Origin: Squalus acanthias
Taxonomy: Eukaryota
DNA: 64,000 nt
Reading direction: 5' to 3'
Assembly: GCA_030390025.1 (NCBI GenBank)
Contig: CM059432.1
Coordinates: forward strand, 81,284,001-81,348,000
Below are positions 49,996 through 62,763 of the stretch, piece by piece. The translations under genes and the position numbers were made by a program. Each line of letters opens with the position of its first letter. Within the stretch, counting starts at the first letter, position 1. The notes beneath the pieces were generated by a model. That model saw only the letters and a program-made list of their open reading frames with translations, had not been told where the DNA came from and did not search any database.

Positions 49996-51639
49996 CGTCA
50001 TTTACATCCTGCTGGCCAGCTGCCTGCCCGAAAAGAGGGCACGATCAGGTTGTCCAGAGGCTGCGCGCTAGCACTTGGGTAAATCATGGGTGGGGGGCAG
50101 GATTTCAAAGGTGGAAGGTGGGGAAGCCCTGGGCAGCAGAGGACCATCCAGACTTTCCTTGTGGAGCCTGGAGGAGTATTCCTGCTCCTACTAGCCCCAC
50201 AAAGATAAATTTAAAACTTACCTTTTAGGGCTTCCGCTTCTTCCACGATAGGTTTTACTGATGCCATTGCCATTTTAGCGCCGTAAAAATTCCATCAAGG
50301 TCCTATGAACATCATAGGACCCCAATTATCTTCTATTAATGAGACTCCTGCCTGTGTCAATTGGATGCTTCAGCTGCTGCCAAAAACGACCTGGTTCAAT
50401 CTGCCGAGGGGTGGGAATGGAGTGGCAAATGAAGCCACTCGATTTGAACTCCTGTTGTGACCGGTTTATGCCAGGCAGAGAGAGTTATAATCCCCCTATC
50501 CATCTGAACCCCATTTGCCTCAGCACAATTTGTGATGAAGATGTCACGTTTTTGCAGCTGAGGACAATTTGAGGGCATACGGTTAGCAATTTGAATTTCT
50601 ATATGGCATATGGCACCAGGAAGAAATAATTTTTAGTTTATAAACAGACCATTTTTAACTCCTACTTAAACTTTGAGGAAAAAAAACGTTTAGGGAATTG
50701 TGGTGCACTGAAGCTTTAATTGTTAGTTCAGATCTCACAGTCCACGTCTACAGTGCAAATGATCTTAATGCTCTGCTGAACTGTTGCAGAATTTTGATTT
50801 CCAATAAAGTAACACAGTACACATCATTATTGTAACACATTTTATATATCATTGGTTTGCAGTTACATTTTTCAAAAGAATATTAATTCCATTTTGGCAC
50901 TGGCCACATAAAGAGATCTAAAAGAAAACATTGTAGAAAGTGGTGCTTTAACTTATTACTGCCTGGGGGCCTTCAAAGCTAGTCAATAAAGTGGCCTTTA
51001 CCCAAACTGCTTGACTGCCTTTTCACTAAAAGGAGATCCCTGTGACCTCCTTCCTATGGAGCTCAACTCCCTTGCTTCATGGAAATCTATGTTCCTCCTG
51101 GGAAGCTTAAATGACGTGTCTTCAATTATATCAATTGAAAATGGGCAAAGAAATCTATGTGACATTATTAGCAGGCATCCCTGGGCTGATTTACCTCTTC
51201 ACCTGTGATCCCAGTGCCCAACTTATCCTGAACTTGGCTGATTTTTCAGGTTCAGCTAACTTGCATTTGTTGAGCGAGCACTGGGCGGAATTATTACCCC
51301 AGAATCAGCACTCACTCAAATTAGGGAACGGATATCGTGTGCTGCTGAAGTTCTCAAAGGCAAGGAGGAGAGTAAAGTCCTAATTTTAGTTTGGCAGCTG
51401 TCAGAAACAACATGGAAAGTCAATGGGGGTAAATGTTGGTCTTCATTGTTTGGGTGGTGATTGAGTGGATCTGCTGCCTGTTATGGAACACAAGTGATTT
51501 TCATTCAATTTTCTGCGACCTAGTACTTGTAAACTTTATAATTCACTAGCAGATCTCCTATGGCTTTGCTCAGTGAGTCAGAGGATATGTTGTTTTCTAA
51601 CATTAAGGGGGGAATTTTAACATTGAGGAGTGCGTAAGT

Positions 51640-54600
51640 TAGAAATATAGAAAAATAGGAGCAGGAGTAGGCCATTCGGCCCTTCAAGCCTGCTCCGCCA
51701 TTCAATATGATCATGGCTGATCTTCTATCTCAATACCATATTCCCGCTCTCTCCTCATACACCTTGATGCCTTTTGTGTCTAGAAATCTATCTATCTCCT
51801 TCTTAAATATATTCAGTGACTTGGCCTCCACAGCCTTCTGTGGTAGAGAATTCCACAGGTTCACCAACCTCTGAGTGAAGAAATTTCTCCTCATCTCAGT
51901 CCTAAATGTCCTACCCAGTATCCTGAGACTGTGACCCCTTGTTCTAGGCCCCCCAGCCAGGGGAAACATCCTCCCTGCATCCAGTCTGTCGAGCCCTGTC
52001 AGAACTTTATACGTTTCAATGAGATCCCCTCTCATTCTTCTAAACTCTAGTGCATACAGGCCTAGTCGACCCAATCTCTCCTCATACGACAGTCCTGCCA
52101 TCCCAGGAATCAGTCTAGTGAACGTTTACTGCACTCTCTCTATGGCAAGTATATCCTTTCTCAGGTAAGGAGACCAAAACTGCACACAGTACTCCAGGTG
52201 TGGTCTCACCAAGGCCCTGTATAACTGTAGTAAGACATCCTTGCTCCTGTACTCAAATCCTCTTGCAATGAAGGCCAACATACCATTTGCCTTCCTAACT
52301 GCTTGCTGCACCTGCATGTTTGCTTTCAGTGACTGGTGTACAAGGACACCCAGGTCTCTTTGTACATCAGCATTTCTCAATCTATCACCATTTAAATAAT
52401 ACTCTACCTTTCTGTTTTTCCTACCGAAGTGGATAACTTCACATTTATCCACGTTATACTGCATCTGCCATGTATTTGCCCACTCACTCAACTTGTCTAA
52501 ATCACCTTGAAGCCTCTTTGCATCCTCCTCACAACTCACAATCCCACCTAGTTTCATGTCGTCAGCAAACTTGGAAATATTACATTTGGTTCCCTCATCC
52601 AAATCATTGATATATATTGTGAATAGCTGGGGCCCAAACACTGATCCCTGCGGTACCCCACTAGTCACCGCCTGCCACCCCGAAAAAGACCCATTTATTC
52701 CTACTCTCTGTTTCCTGTCTGTTAACCAATTTTCAATCCATGCCAGTATATTACCCCCAATCCCATGTGCTTTCATTTTGTACACTAACCTCTTATGTGG
52801 GACTTTATCAAAGGCCTTCTGAAAATCCAAATACACCACATCCACTGGTTCTCCCTTATCTATTCTACCAGTTACATCCTCAAAAACTCCAGTAGGTTTG
52901 ACAACCAATGCATCCACTATTTCCATGGCTACCTCTTTTAGTACTCTGGGATGCAGATTATCAGGCCCTGGGGATTTATCAGCTTTCAGTCCCATTAATT
53001 TCTCCAGCACTATTTTTTCACTAATACTAATTTCCTTTAATTCCTCCTTCTCACTAGACCCTTGGTTCCCTAGCATTTCTGGGAAGTTATTTGTGTCCTC
53101 TTCCGTGAAGACAGAACCAAAGTATTTGTTTAATTGTTCTGCCATTTCCTTTTTCCCCATTATAAATTCTCCCATTTCTGACTGTAAGGGACCTACATTT
53201 GTCTTCACTACTCTTTTTCTTTTTGCATACTTGTAGAAGCTTTTACAATCCGCTTTTATGTTCCTTGCAAATTTACTCTCATACTCTATTTTTCCCCTCT
53301 CTTGGTCCTTTTTTGCTGAACTCTAAAGTGCTCCCAATCCTCAGGCTTGCTACTTTTTCTGGCAACTTTATATGACTCCTCTTTGGATCTAATACTATCC
53401 TTAATTTCTTTTGTTAGCCATGGTTGGGCCGCTTTTCCTTTTGTGTTTTTGTGCCAGAAAGGAATGTATAACTGTTGCAATTCATGCATTCGTTCCTTAA
53501 ATGTTAGCCATTGCCTATCCACCATCATACCTTTTAATGAAGCTCCCCAATCTATCATAGCCAACTGACTCCTCATACCATCGTAGTTTCCTTTGTTTAG
53601 ATTTAGGACCCTAGTTTCGGACTGGACTTCTTAACTTTCCATTTTAACAAAGAATTCTATCTGGTCACTCTTCCCTAAAGGACCCCGCACAACAAGATTA
53701 TTAATTAACCCCTTCTCATTGCACAATACCCAATCTAGGATTGCCTGTTCCCTAGTTGGCTCCTCAACGTATTGGTCCAAAAAACCATCTCGTACACACT
53801 CCAGGAATTCATCCTCCACAGTATTATTGCTAATTTGGTTTGGCAAGCATATATGTAGATTAAAGTCACCCATGATTACTGTAGTACCCTTGTTACATGC
53901 ATCTCTAATTTCCTGTTTGATGCCAGCCCCTACATTACCACTACTGTTTGGAGGCCTATAGACAACTCCCACCAATGTTTTCTGCCCCTTGGTGCTTCTT
54001 AGCTCCACCCAGACTGATTCTACATCTTGATTTTCTGAGCCAATATCCTTTCTCACTGTTGCTCTGATTTCATCCTTTACTAACAAGGCCACCCAACCTC
54101 CTTTTCCTTTTCTCCTGTCCTTCCTAAATATTGAATATCCTTGGATATTCAGCTCCCAGCCTTGGTCACCCTGCAGCCATGTCTCCGTAATCGCAATTAT
54201 ATCGTATCCGTTTATATCTATTTGTGCTGTTAATTCGTCTACCTTATTACGAATGCTTCGTGCATTCAGATACAGTGCCTTTAGATTTGTCTTTTTAACA
54301 TTTTTAGACATCCTGACATTTTTTTGTACTATGGCCCTATTTGTCTTATTACCATTTTTTCTTACCCGGACCCTATTTGTTAGTGCACTCCTTTGTTTGT
54401 ACGTTCTGTCCCTTCCTGACACAATCTGGTTATCCTTACCCCAATCACTTTCCTGCACTGCTTCCTTGTCTTATCTCTTTAGCATTCGAGATTTCTCTTC
54501 ACCAGCACGCCCCCCCCCCCCCCCCGCCCCTTATTTAGTTTAAAGCCCTATCTACCTCCCTAGTTATTCGATTCACTAGAACTCTGGTCCCAGCATGGTT

Positions 54601-56166
54601 CAGGTGTAATCCGTCCCAACGGAACAGCTCTCTCTTTCCCCAGTACTGGTGCCAGTGCCCCACGAATCGAAACCCACTTCTCCCACACCAATCTGTGAGC
54701 CACGCATTCATCTCCCTGATCCTATTGACCCTATGCCAATTTGCTCGTGGCTCCGGTGATAATCCAGAGATTATGACCTTTGTGGTTCTGCTTTTTAATT
54801 TAGTCCACTAGCTGCTCAAACTCTCTCGGCAGAACCTCTTTCTTTGTCCTACCTATGTCGTTGGCACCTACGTGGACCACGACAACTGGATCCTCCCCCT
54901 CCCACTCGAAGTTCTTCTCCAGCCCAGAGGAGATGTCCTTTACCCTGGCACCGGGTAGGCAACATAGCCTTCGGGTCTCACACTCCTGGCTGCAGAGAAA
55001 AGTGTCTATCCCCCTCACTATACTGTCGCCTACTACAACCACCTTCCTTTTTACTCCCCCCACTTGAACGGCTTCCTGTACCACGGTGCCGTGGTCAGTT
55101 TGCTCATCCTCCCTGCAGTCCCCGCACTGGTCCACAAGGTGGCCAGAACCTCGAATCTATTGGACAAGTGCAGGGACTGAGGCTCCTGCAATACTACCTC
55201 CTGGATCCCCGTACCTGCCTCACTTGCAGTCACACCCTCCTGTCCCTGACCACGTGTCAATTCTAAAGTATTTAATCTAAGGGGTGTGGCTGCCTCCTGG
55301 AGCAAAAGGTCCAGGTAACTTTCTCCCTCCCTGATGTCTTGCAATGTCTGCAGTTCGGACTCCAGCTCCTCAACTCGGAGCCGAAGTTCCTCGAGCCGCA
55401 GACACTTACCGCAGATGTAGTCACCCTGGACAAAAATGTCCACAAGCTCCCACATATTGCAGCAGCAACACATCTCCTGTTCTCCCATTATTTTATTTGT
55501 TTAATTAATTAGCTTAGTATTAATCAAATTATTTACCTCATTTAGTTTATTAAATTAAGTTTCGTTTTTAAAATTTAGTTATATGTTAACTTAAAACTTA
55601 GCCCACAGTCACTATCTTAAAACTTAGCCCACAGTCACTACCAATCACTTACCTGCCTTACCTGTAACGTCACACTGCCGTTTTCTCCTGTTGATGCAGG
55701 TCTGTTGCTGCTTTTATCCCCGCTCTCGGGCCTCAGTCTGCTCCCGCTCAGGTCCGCCGCCGCTCTGCGGGAGTATTTAAGGAAAGCAAGCACCTCCTTC
55801 CCCCAACTCCCACACTTTCCAAACTCCCAGTTGTTCACTCTGTGCGGCTGTACTCAGTGCTGGCTGCACCCACAGGCCCCTGTATTTATACTGTTTGTGA
55901 CTCAGATGAGTCACCCCTGCTCTGTTACTGTTTCAGGAACCAGTTTAATCCAGTTAGCTCATTAACTACAGCAGCTCTCCAGCAGGAGATCTTGCTGGTT
56001 TGTCTCTGCTTAAGCCTGAAGAAACTTAAAAATTTAAAGTTTAAATGTTAACTTAAACAGTTGATCTTACTTAAGAGCTACTAGCAATTAATACTAGATT
56101 TTAAAAGAGATTAACCCTTAAAACTCCCACACTTACCAAACTCGCAGTTGTTCACCCTGTGCTGCG
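51640..56166 (-). mobile_element. Near full-length CR1 LINE (5' UTR, ORF1, ORF2, 3' tail), inactivated
   Basis: ORF1 pieces 55051-55488 (CxxC...ICGKC plus leucine-rich coil) and 54800-55135 (VVGDSIVRG...CLPGARVKDI...HVGANDI, SGNH esterase); ORF2 53631-54458 (APE), 52126-53208 (RT) and 51730-52101; stops and frameshifts present. 5' boundary approximate. Confidence 0.93.
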
Positions 56167-56180
56167 TTTATGTGCGGGTG

Positions 56181-58620
56181 GGGGGTCAAAGTTGCCGAAA
56201 ATGTTAGCGCATCTAGAAGCCAGCTCCAACGCGCTGACTACCGGGTTTAACTCGGGGGTGTTCAGCTGCGATACCGTACCCCCCACTGGAGAGGCGGGTT
56301 AGCAATTTGAATCTTTAAATCACTGAATTGTAGTGCTATTTTAACCAGTATTTAAATTTAACGGCGCATTTACAGGTTTCCCAGGCTTCCTGAAACTCGC
56401 CATTGAAACCAAGACTAGAAGAGAATGGCAATTCATGGGGCTCATTAAAAGTCAGGCAAATACAGCAATAAATATTCACAGCACACAGCTGCTTTCTTAC
56501 CTACCACTGGGAAAGGGTTTGTTGAGAGTACTTGTGGTGAGAGGCTAATTTCTGCACTTTGGAGGTACTGAGACTTGAGATCAGGATGGGTGGTGCCTTG
56601 GCTGCCTTAGATTGGACCTCAGATGAGGGATTCCCTTATAGCTGTAAGTTTCAGTTAGTTACTACCACTGGAGCGATACAACAATCACATCCAACGGCCA
56701 CTCTTCCACCCCACCTCCCCCTGAATCCTACTGACACAAAGCAGTCCTATAACAACCGCCGATTGGTCCCTGTCAATTCTTGTCTTCCCATTCATTAACA
56801 AGCAACTAAAAAGGTGAGTTGCGAACCAGCAGCCAAGAATGGGCAACACTGGGAAGTGGTGCAAAGTAATACATTTTATGTGTTTCTACTAAACAATGGA
56901 AACTTAATAACATAACATTTTCTCATACACCCATGTGCATACCCTTGTACAACTACAAAGCTTTACTCTTCCTTTTCCGATTGCTCCTATGTGGTGCAAC
57001 CCCTGTGGCTTGAGCAGAGGTAGGTGCAGGCTGCTCTGATCCCTGTTCTGACTGCTGAGACACTTTTGGCTGACAACCTCTGGGTGTTGGAGCCCATGTG
57101 GGCCTCTCCAAAGATTGCTCCACCTGCACCTGTGCAGGGTCAGACTCGGCCATTGAGAGATGGGGCAGCATGTTGGAAACTGATTGAGGGGGGCAACAGG
57201 TGACAACTGGGAGCACTTTGAGTGGAGTTCCCACTTCCATGTCCCCTTTCACCATCATCCCTCTCTTGGGCCAGCCGCACTCCACTGCTACCACTGTGCT
57301 GGAGAGCAGCTTGGTGCAGATCAGTAATACGCTGTAAGGCCAAGGCTAAGGTATCTGTCAACCTTTTTAGGGCACCAGACATATTGGCATCCAGAGTATG
57401 CACAGCCATGGTCAAGGCCTGCATGGACTCATTTGATTGCCGCCATTGATGTTCCACAGAGTTGACCACTCTATCCATCGAAGAAGCCTCTTCACAATGC
57501 CCCACGACACCAACCCACTAATGCTTTGGAGGAACTCCTCCATTCTCTCTGCAATTGTGGACTGTATGTGTGGAAAGCCTGTCAGTATATTGCAGATTTT
57601 CTGCTGCCCCTCAATGATTCTCCTTTTCAACGATGGCCCCTGGGGTACAGCATCTGTGTCCAGTTGAGCAGAGCTTGGAGTGTGCTGTGCCCTCCAACAT
57701 GGACTCTTCACTGCTGTTGCTGTCACCACCATCTACTCTTGCTCAGTTGTGAAGTCTGAATCATGAGATGTAAATCCAATTATCTGTCTAACTGGACCCA
57801 CCGAAGTCTGAGTATCTGAGCTGGTGCATGGTAAGATTGAGTCCTGTGACAGCACACCCTCAGAAGGAATCACCTCCTCTGATTTGTCATCCGAGAGGTC
57901 CACTGACTGCTGCTGCACGCGTGAAGGCCCTCGCGAAGAGAAAAGATATGAATTAGTACTGACAAGGTAAGAATGTTGCAAATTAACATTATGAAGATGA
58001 TCATATTTCACTCACTGCTGAAATCAAGTCAACATGACTGAGTGTCGTATTACAAGTGGGTCGCTGATATTGAATTCTGTCACCAGATAGCTGGGAGGTC
58101 CCCATCTCTTATGACCAGGGACGCCGAGATGCCACTGATCTCCAGCGCTTCCTCCTCTGCAGTTGTCTGTGAGATCTGTGGAGGACCACCTCCGGTTCTC
58201 TCCCTTTCCCTAGTATTCTGTGTCCTCCTCCTGCAATGGGGGAAGGAACAGACCTATGAGTGACTGTAATTGCATGTGTTCACCTGATGAAAGAGGCATC
58301 CTCAGGGAGAGGCATCAAATTGCATAACGATGAGGGTGTGGCAGTGGTGGATGGATAGATGGGGATGTGAGGAAGTGCATAGAAATAGAAAGATGGGTGC
58401 GCTTGCAAGGTAAGTGGGTGTGATGAGTATTGTGATGGAATAGGCTTGACAAGGCAGAGTGAGGGGGTGGTCATGTGCACAACAGAATGTAGGTGAATGT
58501 GCAACTGTACTCACCTTTCCTGACCTGGTTAGGTCATTAAAGTGCTCCTGCACTGAAGCCAGGGTCGTGGCACAATGCTCCTGCTGGTGACCTCCTCGGT
58601 CACCTCCAGCCTCGCCTTAT
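56181..58620. mobile_element. Harbinger relic retaining a multi-exon Myb/SANT gene (-), transposase largely deleted
   Basis: FNDLTRSGK|GTGAG at about 58515; exon with RERERTGGGPP at about 58090-58232; SEGV...CTSSDTQTSVG in 57733-58011; homologous to 1906-3249. Confidence 0.8.
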
Positions 58621-58725
58621 ATCTGCTGACAGCATCAATACTGTGTCAGTTCCCCTTTTATATTGCCCAGGAATTCCTGGGGGAATTTTGCTGAGGGGTA
58701 GAGTTGGACTTGCACCTGCATCTGC

Positions 58726-58861
58726 ATCAAGGGGTATGGGGAGAGAGCGGGAATATGGTATTGAGATAGAGGATCAGCCATGATCATATTGAATGGCGGC
58801 GCAGGCTCGAAGGGCCGAATGGCCTACTCCTGCTCCTATTTTTCTATGTTTTATGTTTCTA
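58726..58861 (+). mobile_element. CR1 3' UTR fragment
   Basis: Near-identical reverse complement of 51645-51770; TTTCTATG-type tail. Confidence 0.88.
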
Positions 58862-59379
58862 TCTTTTGTGGTTTTTGCAATGATTATCATGCAAAAAGCA
58901 AAATAAATCCAATTTGCAACAACCAATTGTTCCCATTGTTATACTTAGATTCAGACCAAAGGAATATTCTTTATGTCATTGAGAAATGGGCCATTTATTC
59001 ATCAAAAATTAACTACGTTTTGCTTCAGTTCATTAGGACTGGAGGCTGGCTCTGTAAGGAATTTGCAATTGGTGTTTTATCAACAAAGGGCCTTGTGTTG
59101 TATTTTTGAATGATTTGTTGTTGCTCTGCCCAACTCTGCTGCTGTTACCAAGAAAAGAAGAAGCTCTGATACAAATTCTGGATGTTATGTTATTTTCAAT
59201 AATATGTATGAGATTCACAGCCCTTTGTCATATACCTTTACCTCACAACTATTTGTTACATTTGAAAGAAGTCACACATGCCTCAATAAAGCAGACCACC
59301 CCTACTTTATATTCTCGCCTCACATTTGCAAAAAAAGAAAAACAATGCCCTGTTAAACTAAGCAAAGTACAAGGGGGCG

Positions 59380-59537
59380 GGGTAATTATGACTTTGGTGA
59401 TAATGTAAAATGGACGATACCTATTCAGCCTCCCATTATAAATCTCTTCCAATTTTCATTTCCATTTGTAGTTATGTATAACGGGCGGCTGAATTAATAT
59501 CGCCCATTTTACACTATCGCCCAAAGTCAAAATTAGC
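59380..59537. mobile_element. Small hairpin MITE with about 60-bp arms
   Basis: TAATTATGACTTTGG...TGTAAAATGG...ATTCAGCC is mirrored by GGCTGAAT...CCATTTTACA...CCAAAGTCAAAATTA. Confidence 0.75.
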
Positions 59538-60059
59538 AGCAGTAGGCTTTAAGTCTCAGTCCGCGATTAGTCAGTGCTGATTCAGAAACAATTTAAACAA
59601 AAAATAATTTTTGATTTGTTAAAAGGTATGGATTTCACATCTTGCATATCAGCTCCAAATACAAACATGGATTTTCATCTCAATGGCACCATTGGCAGGA
59701 AGTACAGTAGAAGCGTGATGCTTCTCCGTAGAGAGGGAAGGAAAATAAGGAGATAAACCAAGCTGGAATATTCTTATGTTCCTCCACGTGAATGACTTTT
59801 GAATGTCATTGCCTACCATTCTTGCCAGAAGTACGGTGCCTGCACTCAAAATATTGTGTGCCTCGTCAAAGCTGTACAAGGTCGGTAAAATGTGTATCTC
59901 TAAGTAAGGAGAGTGTATTGCTTGAATATTTGCAATTTCACTGTTTCAAAGTCCTGCCTTGATATATTCCATTCTTTCTCTATCACTAACTCACTCACAG
60001 ATGCACACAAACTGACACACATACACACTCTAAAGATACAGTAAAATATTCATGAAATA

Positions 60060-61877
60060 TTCCTCAATGATGGTGGAGCCCAGCACGTGAGTGCAAAAGA
60101 CAAGGCTGAAGCATTTGCAGCCATCTTCAGCCAGAAGTGCCGAGTGGATGATCTATATCGGTCTCCTCCTGAGGTCCCCACTATCGCAGAAGCATCCCGG
60201 CCATTGTGCTGAAGACTTGTGCTCCAGAACTAGCCGCGCCTGAAGCCAAGCTGTTTCAATACAGCTACAACACTGGCATCTATCCAACAGTGTGGAAAAC
60301 TGCCCAGGTATGTCCTGTCCACAAAAAGCAGGACAAATCCAATCCGGCCAATTACCGCCCCATCAGTCTACTCTCAATCATCAGCAAAGTGATGGAAGGT
60401 GTCATCGACAGTGCTATTAAGCGGCACTTACTCACCAATAACCTGCTCACTGATGCCCAGTTTGGGTTCCGCCAGGACCACTCGGCTCCAGAACTCATTA
60501 CAGCCTTGGTCCAAACATGGACAAAAGAGCTGAATTCCAGAGGTGAGGTGAGAGTGACTGCCCTTGACATCAAGGCAGCATTAGACCAAGTGTGGCATCA
60601 AGGAGCCCTAGTAAAACTGAAGTCAATGGAAATCGGGGGGGAAAACTCTCCACTGACTGGAGTCATACCTAGCACAAAGGAAGATGGTTGTGGTGGTTGG
60701 AGGTCAATCATCACAGCCCCAGGACATCGCTGCAGGAGTTCCTCAGGGCAGTGTCCTAGGCCCAACCATCTTCAGCTGCTTCATCAATGACCTTCCCTCC
60801 ATCATAAGGTCAGAAGTGGAAATGTACGCTGATGATTGCAGTGTTCAGTTCCATTCGCAACTCCCCAGATAATGAAGCAGTCCATGATTGCATGCAGCAA
60901 AACCTGGACAACATTCAGGCTTGGGCTGATAAGTGGCAAGTAACATTCACGCCACACAAGTGCCAGGCAATGACTATCTCCAACAAATGTGAGAAGTCGC
61001 ACAACACCAGGTTATAGTCCAACAGCTTTATTTGAAATCACAAGCTTTCGGACGAAGGAGCAGCGCTCCGAAAGCTTGTGATTTCAAATAAAGCTGTTGG
61101 ACTATAACCTGGTATTGTGCGACTTCTCACATTTGTCCACCCCAGACCAACACCGGCATCTCCACATCATATCTCCAACAAGAGAGAGTCTAACCACCGC
61201 CCCTTGACATTCAACGGCATTTCCATCACTAAATCTACCACCATCAACATCCTGGGGGTCACCATTGACCAGAAACTTAACTGGACCAGCCACATAAATA
61301 CTGTGGCTACAAGAGCAGGTCAGAGGCTGGGTATTCTGCGGCGAGTGTTTCACATCCTGACTCCCCAAAGGCTTTCCACCATCTACAAGGCACAAGTCAG
61401 CAGTGTGATTCAATACTCTCCACTTGCCTGGATGAGTGCAGCTCCAACAACACTCAAGAAGCTCGACACCATCCAGGACAAAGCAGCCTGCTTGATCGGC
61501 ACCCCATCTACCACCTTAAGCATTCACTCCTTCCACCATCGGCGCACCGTGGCTGCAGTGTGTACCATCTACAGGATGCACTGCAGCAACTCGCCAAGGC
61601 TTCTTTGACAGCACCTCCCAAACCCACGACTTCTACCACCTAGAAGGACAAGGACAGCAGGCGCATGGGAACACCATCACCTGCAAGTTACCCTCCAAGT
61701 TACAAACCATCCTGACTTGGAAATATATCGCCATTCTTTCATCATCGCTGTGTCAAAATCCTGGTACTCGCTCCCTAACAGCACTGTGGGAGTACCACAC
61801 AGACTGCAGTGGTTCAAGAAGGCGGCTCACCACCACCTTCTCAAAGGCAATTAGGGATGGGCAATAAATGCTGGCCT
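60060..61877 (+). mobile_element. Second CR1-group LINE family, RT region, with a Penelope-like insertion
   Basis: LKTCAPELAAP...NPANYRPISLLS...QFGFR...[17 protein letters not shown]...MYADD; frameshifts. Confidence 0.92.
60987..61169. mobile_element. Penelope-like hairpin insertion (family P2)
   Basis: About 65-bp inverted arms; 12-bp direct repeat TATCTCCAACAA (60975-60986/61170-61181); truncated hammerhead GACGA-A-GGAGC..GCTCC-GAAA-GC-TT-GTGA at the centre. Confidence 0.83.
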
Positions 61878-62740
61878 CAGATAATGAAGCAGTCCATGCC
61901 CACATTCAACAAGACCTGGACGGCGTTCAGGCTTGGGCTGATAAGTGACAGGTAACATTTGCGCCACAGAAGTGCCAGGCAATAACTATCTCCAACAAGC
62001 GAGAGTCTAACCACCGCCCCATGACATTCAACAGCATTACCATCGCCGAATCCCCCACCATTAACATCCTGGGGGTCACCATTGACCAGAAACTTAACTG
62101 GACCAGCCACATAAATACTGTGGCAACAAGAGCAGGTCAGAGGCTAGGTATTCTGCGGCGAGTGTCTCACCTCCTGACTCCCCAAAGCCTTTCCACCATC
62201 TACAAGGCACAAGTCAGGAGTGTGATGGAATACTCTCCACTTGCCTGGATAAGTGCAGTTCCAACAACACTCAAGATGCTCGACACCATCCAGGACAAAG
62301 CAGCCTGCTTGTTTGGCATCCCACCCACCACCTTAAACATTCACTCCCTCCACCACCGGCGTATCTTGGCTGCAGTGCGTACCATCTACAAGATGCACTG
62401 CAGCAACTCACCAAGGCTTCTTCGACAGCACCTCCCAAACCCGCAACCTCTTCTACCTAGAAGGATAAGGGCAGCTGGTGCATGGGAACACCACCACCTC
62501 CAAGTTCCCCTCCAAGTCACACACCATCCTGACTTGGAAATATATTGCCGTTCCTTCATCATCGCTGGGTCACAATCCTGGAACTCCCTATCCAACAACA
62601 CTGTGGGAGTACCTTCACCACACGGACTGCAGCGGTTCAAGAAGGCGGCTCACCACCACCTTCTCAAGGACAACTAGGGATGGGCAATAAATGCTGGCCT
62701 TGCCAGCGACACCCACATCCCATGAACGAATAAAAAAAAA
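61878..62740 (+). mobile_element. Tandem 5'-truncated copy of the same LINE family
   Basis: Restarts at CAGATAATGAAGCAGTCC (also near 60865); ORF 62021-62677; intact tail and poly-A. Confidence 0.9.
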
Positions 62741-62763
62741 TAATGCCTGCAGATAACATGTAC

